Part shown: piece after piece, positions 13,020-38,800 of the stretch
How the letters are laid out: each line of letters opens with the position of its first letter
How positions within the stretch are numbered: position 1 is the first letter of the stretch
From: Gekko japonicus
Lineage: Eukaryota
Direction: 5' to 3'
Assembly: GCF_001447785.1 (NCBI RefSeq)
Contig: NW_015172015.1
Span: forward strand, 433,418-497,417
DNA length: 64,000 nucleotides
Translations under genes and position numbers: made by a program
The notes under the pieces: generated by a model
Databases searched by the model: none
What the model was told of the DNA's origin: nothing
Seen by the model: the letters and a program-made list of their open reading frames with translations, nothing else

Positions 13020-14704
13020 CATGGCCACAGCCAACAACGTAGTACACGCTTTCAGGAAAAGGTAATACTTTATTGAAGACCTATAGATGCATTAACATAG
13101 GCACTGTTAAGAATGACGGCTGCCCATGGGGCATAATAGGATATAGGGTATTTGTATGCACACACCCCTTGCCCCGGCCAATGAGTCGCCCTCCCGTGCG
13201 CGGGAGAAAGAGCTTCGGCCATTTAGCACTGAAGTTGGGAATGGAACACTCTCCCACGGTTCCCAAGAAAACCAGACGTCAACAAATCCACCTGCCATAC
13301 TTAGAGATAAGCGTTGTAGCAGCAAAGAAGTACAGAAGGAATGCAAAGGCAATTAGAAGACCACCAACCTCCCCACCCCCATGTCAGCATAGCTGACAAT
13401 GTGAAACTTGAGTTCAGTGACTGTAATTCTGGACATATTATCTGGACATACTTCTGGAAGTTCTCTGGTCAGATTAGTAAGGCTGATAAATTCATCCTAG
13501 AGAGTCCACAGTTCTGTGGCTCCTGTGTCCCTTCTTACCAAGATGGGGAGATGGAAATGTGTTTTCAGTTTGGTGCCTGCTTGAGAAGATGAATTGGCCT
13601 CCTAGGTCAGGCCAGGATGGTCCTCTCTGAATGACAGCATGACATCTGCCTCAGCCACAGAATTGTTTACCATTTAGATTTCTGTACTGGCTTGTAATCA
13701 GCATCCTGTTTATCTGTGCACAGAGTGGAAATTGTAACCTCATAGGTTAATGAGCAACCAGTGGAGGCTTCAGATTCAAATCTGGCCTCTCTAGCTACTA
13801 GCCAAGGCAACAAGGGATGTGTGGACATACTGGTGGTGGTCATAGCAATTGAGTTTGCTGGCAGTCTGCTCTGGAGGACAGAGATGGGGGCTGACCTATC
13901 ACTTTCCAGTCCTTTTCAGAGAAGATTGCTCCCCCCCCCCCCACCTACTGTAAAACTAATTGTCATGCAGAGGGTTACTTGAACAGTGAGTAGTGTTGCC
14001 ACTTTCTCCCCATCGGCGTGGGGGGGGTGGGTACCGAGCTGTTAAGGACTCCCCTCCTGCTAAGAAAAGCTTCCCCCTGTAGCCATTCCAGGCAGAAGAG
14101 TGGTCATTGGGGATATATATTACAGGCCGAGTGGTCGTGCCAGAAAAACATGGTGTCAATCCTCCCGGGAAAGAGAAGCTCCACATGCCCGGATCCCTCA
14201 AAGAAGCTGAGGCCTTGTGCCGTTACCCTGCCCAGCTTAAAGATGCCTCTCGTCCGTCCCCACGCGTCCCTTTCTACTGCTGGCGGCCGCCCTGGAAGGC
14301 GCCCGAGCGCTAATGCGTTGCTAAGATACTGGTGGTTGCTCCCAAATTCAGAGGCATCCTGTTGGGTCCTAAAATGCTGGAGTTGGCGACGCTGGAGACC
14401 CCTGGAGGCGGGAGCCGCTCCCTTTGCGCCGCTCCCTTTCACACGACTCCTCTCCCGAGAGTGGCGGGCTTGTTGTGGGGAGGGGCTGCCCGACTCCAGT
14501 CCCTCTCTCTCTCTCTCTCTCCCTCCGTCCCTCCTCCCCCTCCTCCTCTCCCCCCCCCGGCCCCGCCCGGCTCCGGCTCTGTGTATCTATCTCTTGCTCG
14601 CGCGCTCGCTCACTGCGGCTGCGGGCTGCATCCATCGCGAAGGAAGCCGACGAAGGGAGCCGGGCGCCGCCATCCCAGCCCAGCCCACCTCGCTCCCGAG
14701 GCAG

Positions 14705-23482
<8,778 letters not shown>

Positions 23483-24234
23483 GGGCATCTGAGTTCAGCA
23501 TGTTAATGAGTGTCTTCTCCTTGTCTGTTCGAGGAGGGAGCGTTCTCTGGGTGTTCCCGCAGTGGGAGAGGCGGGGGCCCTTCATCATGTACGAAGTCAG
23601 TGTTTTTTAAATGTCTCTTTGATTTAACGTCTGTGTCAATGTAAAAAGGGCCGCATGGGAGAAAGAAGAGATCGATGCTGTCCCACCCCAGGGCGGAGCG
23701 GTGGGAGGGGCATGCTTTCCATGACTCCATGCCAGGGGGTAGTGCGCGAATAGAAAGAGCAGCCCTTTATACTACTTCAAGTTGGTGCTAGAGCACGGTG
23801 GTGGGAGCAGGTAACTTTACCCCACTGGGGGGTGGGAAGACAAATGAGACACAGGTTGAAGGAACAGCCATCAGTGCTTTATTGTGTGAGACACTAGCGA
23901 AGCAGCTCTGTGGCATCCAAAGCTGTCTTTGCCTTCCAGGGCATCAGCCTGTGTGCTGCTCCAGAGCTGGTTTACTGACCATCAGCCCTCCCAGAGATGG
24001 GGAGGAGGAAGGTGGTTGCTTTACCTTGCCCAGTCTGGGCAGGACCGGGCTGTGTGGCAGGAGCCTAAGATGAAAAAGAAAGCAGGTGGGAGGGTGATGG
24101 CCAATCCCTTCCTTTGGTCAGTTGCGATGGATTGGGGGATGGAGCAGGGAGAGCTTTGGAGGGGTTGGGATGGAGACAGGTCCAGTTTTTAATCATCGTG
24201 TAGCGTGATGAGCCGAACACTTCTTATTTTATAC

Positions 24235-24240
24235 AATAAA
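24235..24240 (+). terminator. Probable RAC3 polyadenylation signal (AATAAA)
   Basis: First canonical AATAAA I found after the RAC3 stop, followed by a GT/T-rich tract (gttgtgatttgttt). Confidence 0.6.
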
Positions 24241-24419
24241 CATTTCTCCATAAGTAAGAAGTTGTGATTTGTTTAGGTCCAGCAGGGGAAGGGAGGGGGA
24301 TCTGTATTCTTTCCTCATTCCACAGGTCCTGGTAGTGGATCATTCTCTTTAGCTCCTTTAGGATGGCTAGATAACCAGCTGAGATACATTTCCATAGGGA
24401 ATGGAGCACGTGCTGTGCT

Positions 24420-29656
<5,237 letters not shown>

Positions 29657-30849
29657 CCCGGCGGGCGGACAGCCTCGTTCAAGACAAGACAAGACTTCGC
29701 CTTCGGGGGCAGAAATAACACCGCGGTGGTAAAGGAGGCCAGCCGCCACCGCTCCTCCGGAAGAAACGCCCCATCTGGCCCCTCTCCAAATGGCCGCTTA
29801 GCGTATCTCGCAGACCAAGGAACCGCCCTGTGTTGAGGGACTTCCCTTCTGTCTTAACGCCACCGTCCCCCGAAATGCATTTGGGTCCTGCTATCGATCT
29901 CGTACCCAAACAGCCTTTCTCATTTCCCCACCTCCTCTGAATCCTGTGGCCATTGGACACCCCCCCCCCCCCCCATATGGGGACTAATCTCCGAATAAAG
30001 CCCTTATATCGCGGCAAGAGTAAATCGCGTCAATTATTTTTGCAGCCTAGGTTTGTCAGCTCCAGCTCGTTAAATTCCTGGAGATTTTTGGGATGACGCC
30101 TGTGGAGGGTAGAGTTTGGTGAGAGGAGAGAGCTGAGCGAGGACGTGATATACCTCACAGAGCCCATCCTCCGAAGCTGCTTTGCCGGGAAGGGCGGGGT
30201 ATAAATCAAATAAATACTTTCCTTTGGGGAAACTCAGCTGGTAGCCTGGACAGATCCGTTGTAATTCCTGGAGAACTAAAGGCCCAACCTCGAAGCTGGT
30301 AATTCTATGCAGCTTGGATATCTCTATAGTCGAGTGCAATGCTCTGGGTGTCAGAATATTGTTTCCAGACACTCCCTCTACCCCACAGAATTAGCATGTT
30401 TAATCAAAATCAGATCACATCACAGAGCCAGCATGGTGTAGTAATTCGAGTGTTGGACTAGAATCTGGGACACTCCGGTTCAAATTCCTGCTCTGCCGTG
30501 GAAGCCTGCTGGGTGACTTTGGACCAGACACACAAACTCAGCCTAACCTACCTTACAGGGATGTTGTGAGTATAAAATGGCAGTGAATAATGTAAACCAT
30601 TTTGGGTCCCTATTGGGGAGAAAGGTGGAGTATAAATTAATCACAAGCGATGTCCAGTGCCAGGGATTAAACTAATCTACATTTCTGACCTGTACTGCTT
30701 GTCTGCCCCCCCCCATCTCCCTCTCCCCCCCTTTCACTCCTCAAAGCAGAAGATGGAAGGTACCACTTGGTCTACTTTCTTACAAGTATGCTGTACCAGC
30801 TTGTACAGCTTACTTATTTGGTGGTCCCATATACATAGTTCTCTTAAGA

Positions 30850-30976
30850 ATTCAGGTGAGTAGCCATGTTGGTCTGAAGCAGCAGAACAAAGTTTGCGTC
30901 CAGTGGCACCTTTAAGACCAACAAAGTTTTATTCAAATTGGAAGCTTTTGTGGCCAAAGCACACTTCTTCAGACAA
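30850..30976 (-). mobile_element. Penelope-like terminal-repeat fragment
   Basis: Reverse complement gtctgaagaagtgtgc...aaaagctt...ttgttggtcttaaaggtgccactgga...cagaccaacatggcta. Confidence 0.6.
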
Positions 30977-31228
30977 ATGATTGTATTCCATAATTCTCTT
31001 AACCTACTGTGGCTGGGATGCCCCAGTGTAATAGGGTTTCTTATCTGATTTTGTATTTTTTACTGGCATGCATGATGTTTTGCATGGCTAGAATAGAATA
31101 GGTTGCCTCTTCTACAATGTTCCAGAACTTCCCTGCCCCTATGGCAACACTTGTTACCTACAACAGTTAGTACAAACCTTCCCCTGGTCCATACAGGCCA
31201 GTCTGCAATCCTCAGTCTCTCCCTGTCA

Positions 31229-31919
31229 ATGTTGAGTCGCAAGCAGCTGATGCAGGCAGCAGCACAGCTAGCAGAACAATGTGGCAGATATACAGATGGC
31301 TGCTGCCATGAAGCCTCTTGTGGTGGAAGGCAAGGATCCATTAACCCACGAGGAAAGGTCTCTGAGGCCTATAAATTCCTTCTATAAAAGCGCTGCTGCT
31401 CTTGGTGTCTGCTAAGGCACTCTGTGGAGCAGGGTGTTGGGAAACAGAAACAGCAAGCCCAAGCCTATCTTGAGACCATTAAGAAGGATCTGGAAGCTCA
31501 GTGCTGGGAGAGTCTTAGCCTGTTAGTATACAATGTCCTATTGAAACACTGCAGTGAGACAGATTATGAAAGCAAAGCCTTTTACCTGAAAATGAAAGGC
31601 GACAACTGTTGCTACTTAGCTGAGAGCCTTGCCTTGATGCTAAAGAGACTTTAGTGAAGTCTGCAGAGACAGTCCATGAGGCAGCTCAGGAAATCAGTGA
31701 TTATTGCATGAAACCTACTCATCCCTTGGCTCTACCCTTTACTATGAAGTTGTCAACAACCCTCAACAGGCAACTAGACTAGCAAGGACTGCCTTTGCTA
31801 AAGCCATTGGTGGCCTGGAGAAACTCCGCCTAGAATACTACAAGGAATTCACCGTTATCATGCAGCACCTAAGGGACGACATTATGCAGTTGACCCAACA
31901 ACCACAGCAGGAGGAGTAG
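31229..31919 (+). pseudogene. Intronless, disrupted 14-3-3 protein (gamma/eta-like) pseudogene, probably retro-derived
   Basis: Collinear fragments MLSRKQLMQ..LAEQCGRY / MAAAMK...LTHEER / SEAYK..*KRCCSW...VEQ / KHCSETDYESKAFYLKMKGDNCCYLAE / ETLVKSAETVHEAAQEISDYCMKPTHP / YYEVVNNPQQATRLARTAFAKAI...YKEFTVIMQHLRD cover the whole 14-3-3 fold. In-frame TAA at 31385-31387, several frameshifts, no introns. Confidence 0.9.
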
Positions 31920-32158
31920 CAAGGAAGAGTTTGAAGGCCAACATTGTCCTGAGCCAGCAATTAACCACAGTGAACAGAACCATGGGAGCCAATGATAGGT
32001 AGTTGTGTGACAGATTCCTCGTACTTGCATTCATCCAGGTACCCGATCCATCCTCTAAGCGATTAAGATAGGTGCAGATATCTTCAGTTTCTTAATGCCC
32101 TACTAGAAACAAATGTCTATTCTTCAAGCCCTTTGGCTCCAGCCCGTCAAGGTTCAGA

Positions 32159-32540
32159 TAGGGGTGTCAAACATAAGGCCTGGGGAGCAACCAGTGCAAG
32201 GGAGGGATCAAGAGACTGCTTGGGGGGGGGAGTGGGCAGACCCACTATGATTGTGGCTTCAGCATGGCAGAACAACCTCATCTGCAGCAGTCAAGCAGCA
32301 TAAGAGCATCTGTCCAGTGCTGCACCACTGGCTCCCCAATCCGCCCATATGGGTTTTCCTCGGCACCCCCCTCCCAGACCATGGGGCCTTGCAGTGAGGA
32401 TACAACTCAGTGCTAACCAGCTGCTGTCCTTTATACAGCTTATATGTCCAGTACCAGGCATTATGTTTTATGGCACACATAGCCCGGCAAAGTGACATTT
32501 ATGTCAGATCCGGCCCTCATAACCAATGAGTTCGACCTCT
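32159..32540. mobile_element. Degenerate hAT (Charlie-like) non-autonomous element
   Basis: Left end taggggtgtcaaac; right end ...ccggccc...gagttcgacctctct (degenerate inverted repeat). Confidence 0.5.
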
Positions 32541-35500
32541 CTTCCCGATCATCACCTGATGCTGGGGAGGACTAACACTGCCATCACACTCTACCTCTTA
32601 ACTGTCATGTGCCATCCTTCTGGACTGGTCACAGCCAAAACACAGAATGCAGTGAAGCAATGAGAACTGCCATGTTGGATGGTCAGAGTCAGCATGACAA
32701 TTCTTATGATTTAAATAGAGATTTAGCAGTTTTTTGATTGGAAGAATTTGGGAATTTGATTGGAAGATGTTATTGGGGGCAAGGTAGGAAGTTATATCCT
32801 ACAGCCCAAACCTATGGGAATGCTGTAAGGATCCATGGTAAAATTAATGCAAGATGCTTGAGTAGATCCTAAGAGTTTAATGATCTTTCTCAGAAAGTTT
32901 GGAAATAAATTTTCTCTGTGGCATTACATTCATGCTATTAACATGTTGTCAGGATGGATGTCACTGCTAAAAGCTGCTGTTTGTTTCTAAAGAACCCATT
33001 AAAGATTAAACACCAGAAATTGAATTATCAGATATATATTAAAACTTTCGAAATACAATATATTTGGTGATCAACATTTAGGGTGTATTCTAGTGAATAA
33101 TTTTTAATAAGGAATTTGGGAAGGTTATTAGCAAGGCCCAACATACATTGGGACTCACGTTTCATAGCAGTCTAAACAGGGCACTGAGTCCATTCAGCGC
33201 AAACAGTAGATGCAGGTGAGTAGGCAGTAAGTATAAACAGATAAGTGGCAATTTAGTTAACATAAAAACAGACAATGCAGGAACAGACTGAAGGTGGCTG
33301 TGTTGACAAATTGGGGCATATGAACAACATAATAGTCTCAGTGCCCTTATCACATAGCAAAAACTGGCAATCACCCATTACTGACTGTAGTACTTATCAG
33401 TTTATTTTTCCTGTGCCTTAAAATCATTCTCTGTCTTGTACTGATACCAAACATCAAAATCTGCAACGGGCTTCGTTCTTTGTTGTATTCTGCTAGGCCT
33501 TCAAAGGCCATTATGTTCAGAAAAAGCTTATATTTAAGAAATTATACCCTGAAATTGCTAGGCTCATAAAATGCTACCGCAATGCTGGGTATATACAGCT
33601 GGCTTTCTCAAAGATGATAATAAGAAAATTATGTACTTCTAAAAATATTTATTTGCTGAAAGGAGGATGGGTAATTGTTAGGGTGCTGAGGCTGCAACAA
33701 TCTCATCATATACAAACGCAACTCAACAGTCCAAATCACTTGCTTTAGGTCAGTGCTCTGCACTAACAAAAAGCAGCTACACGCTACAGCTTAGAATGCA
33801 AAATTATGTGCCAAAGAAACCAGATTCTGCATTCAGAATTAGTCATAAAAATATGCCAAATTTGAGAATTTACTAAACCTCAATTTTTGGCGCTTCAAAT
33901 GGAGCAGTGGTGGCGAAAAAGAAAGACATATACAATAGAATAATGGAAAGGGCAGAAAACACAGGACAAGGCAGAGAACACCGCACAGCAGAAGTCCTCC
34001 CACACCCCCAAGATGCATCCTGCCACCCTTAAATGTTTTGAACAGAGGCACACTAACGTACATTTTTCTGCAGTTGTGGGGGTTTAAATTTGATATCAAC
34101 ATCCACATTCCACTGTCACAGCCACATGTATTATAAAAGGCCCAAAGCAAATATTCTGTTCCAAGTTTTGCCTCTAAGTGCCAGTTGTGGCAACATAAGA
34201 GATGCGTCAGCTCTGGCAGGAGCATCTGACATGCAGATTGTACTACATGCTGATGCCACCACAGGGACCAAAAGGAGCTGTACTGTCAAACATCAGCAGG
34301 CTAGCAAGCATAATCACAACTGTTCCCTTGGGGCCTGCAACATGTGGGCACATCTGGCAGTCATGCTCCTCAGAGATTATGTACATAAGGCACAAAAATG
34401 GCAAACACTCCCCCGACAAACATTTAAAGCAATTATTCTAAGAACAGTTTCATTCCTTCTCCTTTGTCCAGAAGTGTGTGCGTGCTGCTTTTTCAGAAAG
34501 GAGAATGGTCAAAGAAAATACTCTTCCAGAAGTTTACACGGCCTCCACCTCTACCAGCTTTTCAATACTGAGTACTTTCTGAAAACAGATTTCCAGCACA
34601 TTTACCTTAAGACAGCTGGCACATCTCATACAAACACATCATATATATACATATGTGTATGATTACCTGCAGAGAACCATTTTAAAGGCTTGGAATATGT
34701 TAGGAGACTGATGCACTCACTTCTGCATAAGCATCCCAATTTTGGTGGATTAGATTTTATGGTGTCTTAAGACATTATTTATAGATTCAGACTATGCTCC
34801 TCTTGACTTCAGTGTTTATGCTTAGAAAGCCAGGGAAGGTTCTATGAAAGGCCTGTTAAGTGACTATTTCATCGCAGGACTATGTACTGTGTTCCCTCCC
34901 CTTGTTCCAGAGTACATCCCCTTTTGGTTGAGTGCTGCCACAGTACTGGCAAGTAGTAGTAACACTCCTTCTATATGATCACTCTTAGGTCAGGAGCTCA
35001 GAAATGTCTTTTATGGTGAGACATGCATCAAACTATGGAGTCCAGCTGCAATAAAAAAGCAAAGATTGTATGGTGGTCCAGCCAACATAATATGGATTTT
35101 GACTGTCTTGAAATAGTGGTTAGAATGTTCAAGGCAAAAATGCTTTGAGTGAAGGTCACAGCAGAAGACTTGTATACGGCATAGCCTGTGAAACATACAA
35201 TAAGCCAAGAGTGACATTTACAGTGGCATCCTTAAGCAGGTCTCCTCAGAGTCAATGAAACTTACTTCTTGGAAAGCAGAACTGCATTATTAATTTGAAC
35301 ATAAGCCAGCAACAAGAGCAAGATGTTTCTGGGAGAATGACTTCTGCATTTGCTAATCTGTTTTATTTGCTTAGTGGGAAGCCATATCTACTACTTCCAG
35401 TGTGATTTTACTGTGATTTAGATGTGGATAAAATAGAAAAAAACACAGGTGAAACTTTCATGATTATGCTGTTGCCCCAGACAGGAACTCTGTTTTCATA

Positions 35501-35834
35501 CCTGTAGTCTCAAAATGAAGTTTTATACTTTGCACACCAAGCATATCTATGACTATCAGCCCTCAACCATATTGCTACGGTACCAGACTGTTGCATTCCT
35601 GAGGTTGTACAAATGCAGCAAAGTAGGGATTCAGCTTTAGATAACTGGACATCCATGAAATTGGGGGGAAAGCCTGTCAAGTTTGGGTTATTACACCCTG
35701 CATAACCAGAGCACTTCCAACAACCCGGGAATTTGCTTGGACCTTATGTTTTGTTCTTCTCCTACAAAGCCAGCCGTAGTTGCTCATTCAAAGAAAGAGC
35801 CAACAGGAGACAAATGTGACGGTTAGGTCAGATG

Positions 35835-38800
35835 TCACTTCACTGTTACAGTGGGGCACCATGCAGTGTCGGGATAGAGTAGACAGTGGACAGATCTGAA
35901 TCTGAAAAGAGAAAGGTAAGAAGTCACAGTCACAGGAGTCAAAGCAACTTGGTCTGGAAGAATTACAAATCTGCCACTGCAGGAACACTGGTTATAATCT
36001 GCTAATATATCTAGCAGAAAAATGCCATTTCCTACCCATTGCTTGGAGTTATCATCAGTGGTCAAGCAAGCAGGGCAAGAGATTTCATTTGGAAAGTAAT
36101 AATGCACTCACCGAGTTGGGTCTTGCTGTACATTGAACATTTCCTCCACACTCACAACATTATGTTTGTTCTCAGGACCCCCATAGCTTAAGGTAACCTG
36201 GGGAAAACACACACACAAACATGCTCAGAAACTACACTTGCTGGAGCATAGCAACCAATACAGGAAATCAGTCTTGTGGGGCAGATGATAGATGCTTTGT
36301 AGTCCTTCCAAGATGAGTAGCAGCAGTCATGGGAAAAGAAAGTAACATAATGCTGCAGTTGAGGCGTTCTGCTGACCCAGGAATGGACTGGGACAGCAGA
36401 ACAGCCCTGGAACAAGCTCAACCAAGGAAATCCTGTAGCACTAGCAGCACTGGAGGGATCACATGGCTCAGACCTCCGCAAGCCTCCACCCACTGGCATT
36501 GTTGCCATGGCCTGGGTTACAGCACTACAAGCACCACAGGGACCACTTGGCTCAGCTTGCTCCTGACCACCAGAAGCCCTCAGGATACTGGCCCATTGGG
36601 AACTTTCTTTGTAAATTATATGGCCAACATACCCCCAACCACTCAGGCCCAAATCAGAGATTCTCAAGGAAACAAGTGCCACCCGTATGGATAACAGAAT
36701 GAAGAACACCAGAACAAAACAGGTCAATAAAATTCCAGCCCCTCACTTTCAAGAGGCTGGTCTTACCACAAACTGTACAGATCACATCGTCACAGATTAG
36801 TTAGTGCAAACAGATTAACTTACCCAAATTTCTGATGCAGTGAATTTCTTCATAATTTCTCCATATTTTCTTATCTCCACTAAAGAACTGCATTTAGGGC
36901 TTTGTAGCCATATAAGAAGTCCAGCTTTTAAGAGGCCCCAATGTAATTTTTAGTTCATCACAACAGTTGAAATTGACCTTGTAATTTAAATCCATCAGGC
37001 TGCCCACATCCATGTCTAATTTAATTTAACCATAAACTCTTTTTAATGGAAATCTATGGAGTAGAAACCTTTGGCTGTCCCATTTAGAGTAGCCAAAGTT
37101 TGCTCATACCTGTTTGAACACCGCTTCACCACGTAGCCGCTGCAGGTTTTCCAGGTGTGAGTGGAACAAGGGGCTGTGGTGCAACTTCACTTCCAACAAC
37201 CCTTCAATGATGTAGCCAATTGTGCAGTCATCAGGGAGGCGAATCCTCTCAGCAGTGCTGATGAAGCTCCCCAAGCTGCCACAAGACAGGAATTGGAGAA
37301 TAACATCTCCCTAGGTTCTTAGAACAAAGGAACATTCTCTAAGCTGTACATACCTAGCCCAGGGACTCATTTTGAGGGCAAGACCTCTGCTGATACAGAA
37401 CCCTGCTCCGCCTGTGGCAAACCAGAACTTCACAGTGGTCTAACAAGATAAATAAAGAGCTGTTAGAAAAACTAGGGACAGTTTTAGCTCAGAAGGACAT
37501 GTCAGAGCCTACCCCAGTAATGTAAGTCTTTGAATGTTTAGCCTTTGTAACCCAACAGTCCTATCAGATTTGCCCACATGGTCCAGATTTCTGTTGAAAT
37601 CCAACAAGAGGACCAATTGAACCATTCATGGTCAACTTTTAAGTGTCCTTAGTAGATGATCTGATCTTTAAGATACACAAGGTCATTATAAAGAGACTCT
37701 CATTCAAAACCAATTATATCCTTGTTGCTGGTCTCTACTCCTGACTCTTAATGCAACTTGCAGCTATGCATATTTGCTTAGAAATAATGCCCACCAAGAG
37801 GACTTCCTCTCATGTAAATGGGCATGGGACTGCAGCCATACAAATACACATTATTGCAGGACAGAATAGTCACTGAAGTCACTTTTGCTTGCAAATTTGC
37901 AGAACACCAGAGGATTGGTTTCATGAAATGATCTGTCCCACAAACTTGTTTCCTGTCCCATATTCCATAACTTAATTCGTTTCCCCTTTTGTCAACTTAT
38001 TAAAATAATATTCTAAGATTGTTGCTGTGCTATGTATCTTCAAACTGTGCATAAGCCTCGATGTATGTACTTTCTAAGCAAGACAGACATCTATAACCCC
38101 CCCACACACACACCTAAGTAGTTTGTGAAAGCACATGGTGCCACATGAATCAGAAGAACCTTGGTCCATGATCCTGGCAACAGTTTGCCTGAAGGTTTGC
38201 ATCAGATAAATTCTCTGCTTATTCCCATATCCTATAGCAGAAGTACAATGCAGTGCAGCACCTACGCAGATCTGAAGGACAGAATCTGCACGCTGAGAAA
38301 GGGAATTACTTTCTAAAGGCACCTTTATTATGTGCTTTCCTAGCCCAGAATTGCAATGGGACCTCTCAGGGATTTCTTTGGGCAGCTGTGCCACTAGCTT
38401 GACTATGAGACACATATGGGGAGGGTAGTAATTCTGTACTTTCCTCCTGAAGGGAGCAATACTATTGCATCATTTATGAATGTCATATTTACACTACAGA
38501 GATGTGTCAGTGATGACTTAAAATCAGGTAGCGTCTATTTCCAGCTGAGTCATAGTTAACACAGCACTCCTGTCAATTGCCATCTGTGTATAGTGGTGGA
38601 TGAAATGATGATGTCTGGAAAAGGATGTAACAAGTACTGAGTAGAAGCACTTGCAGAAATCCATTTTGCACCTGATGTTTCAGTGAAGTATTTCCTAGTT
38701 CTGTGCTGTTGTGAGGCAGGGAAACCTGGCTTCAAATTCCAAAGAAGAGGAAGGAACATACAGTAGGAATAGCATGGGAACAATCCAAGAACAATGCATG

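Noticed and set aside
29657-29749. In-frame N-terminal extension of DCXR
   Set aside because: The ORF begins at GTG, not ATG; homology starts at MERF (29656).
34090-34662. 190-aa ORF downstream of RFNG
   Set aside because: Non-ATG start, no motifs and no splice support; probably 3' UTR or intergenic chance ORF.
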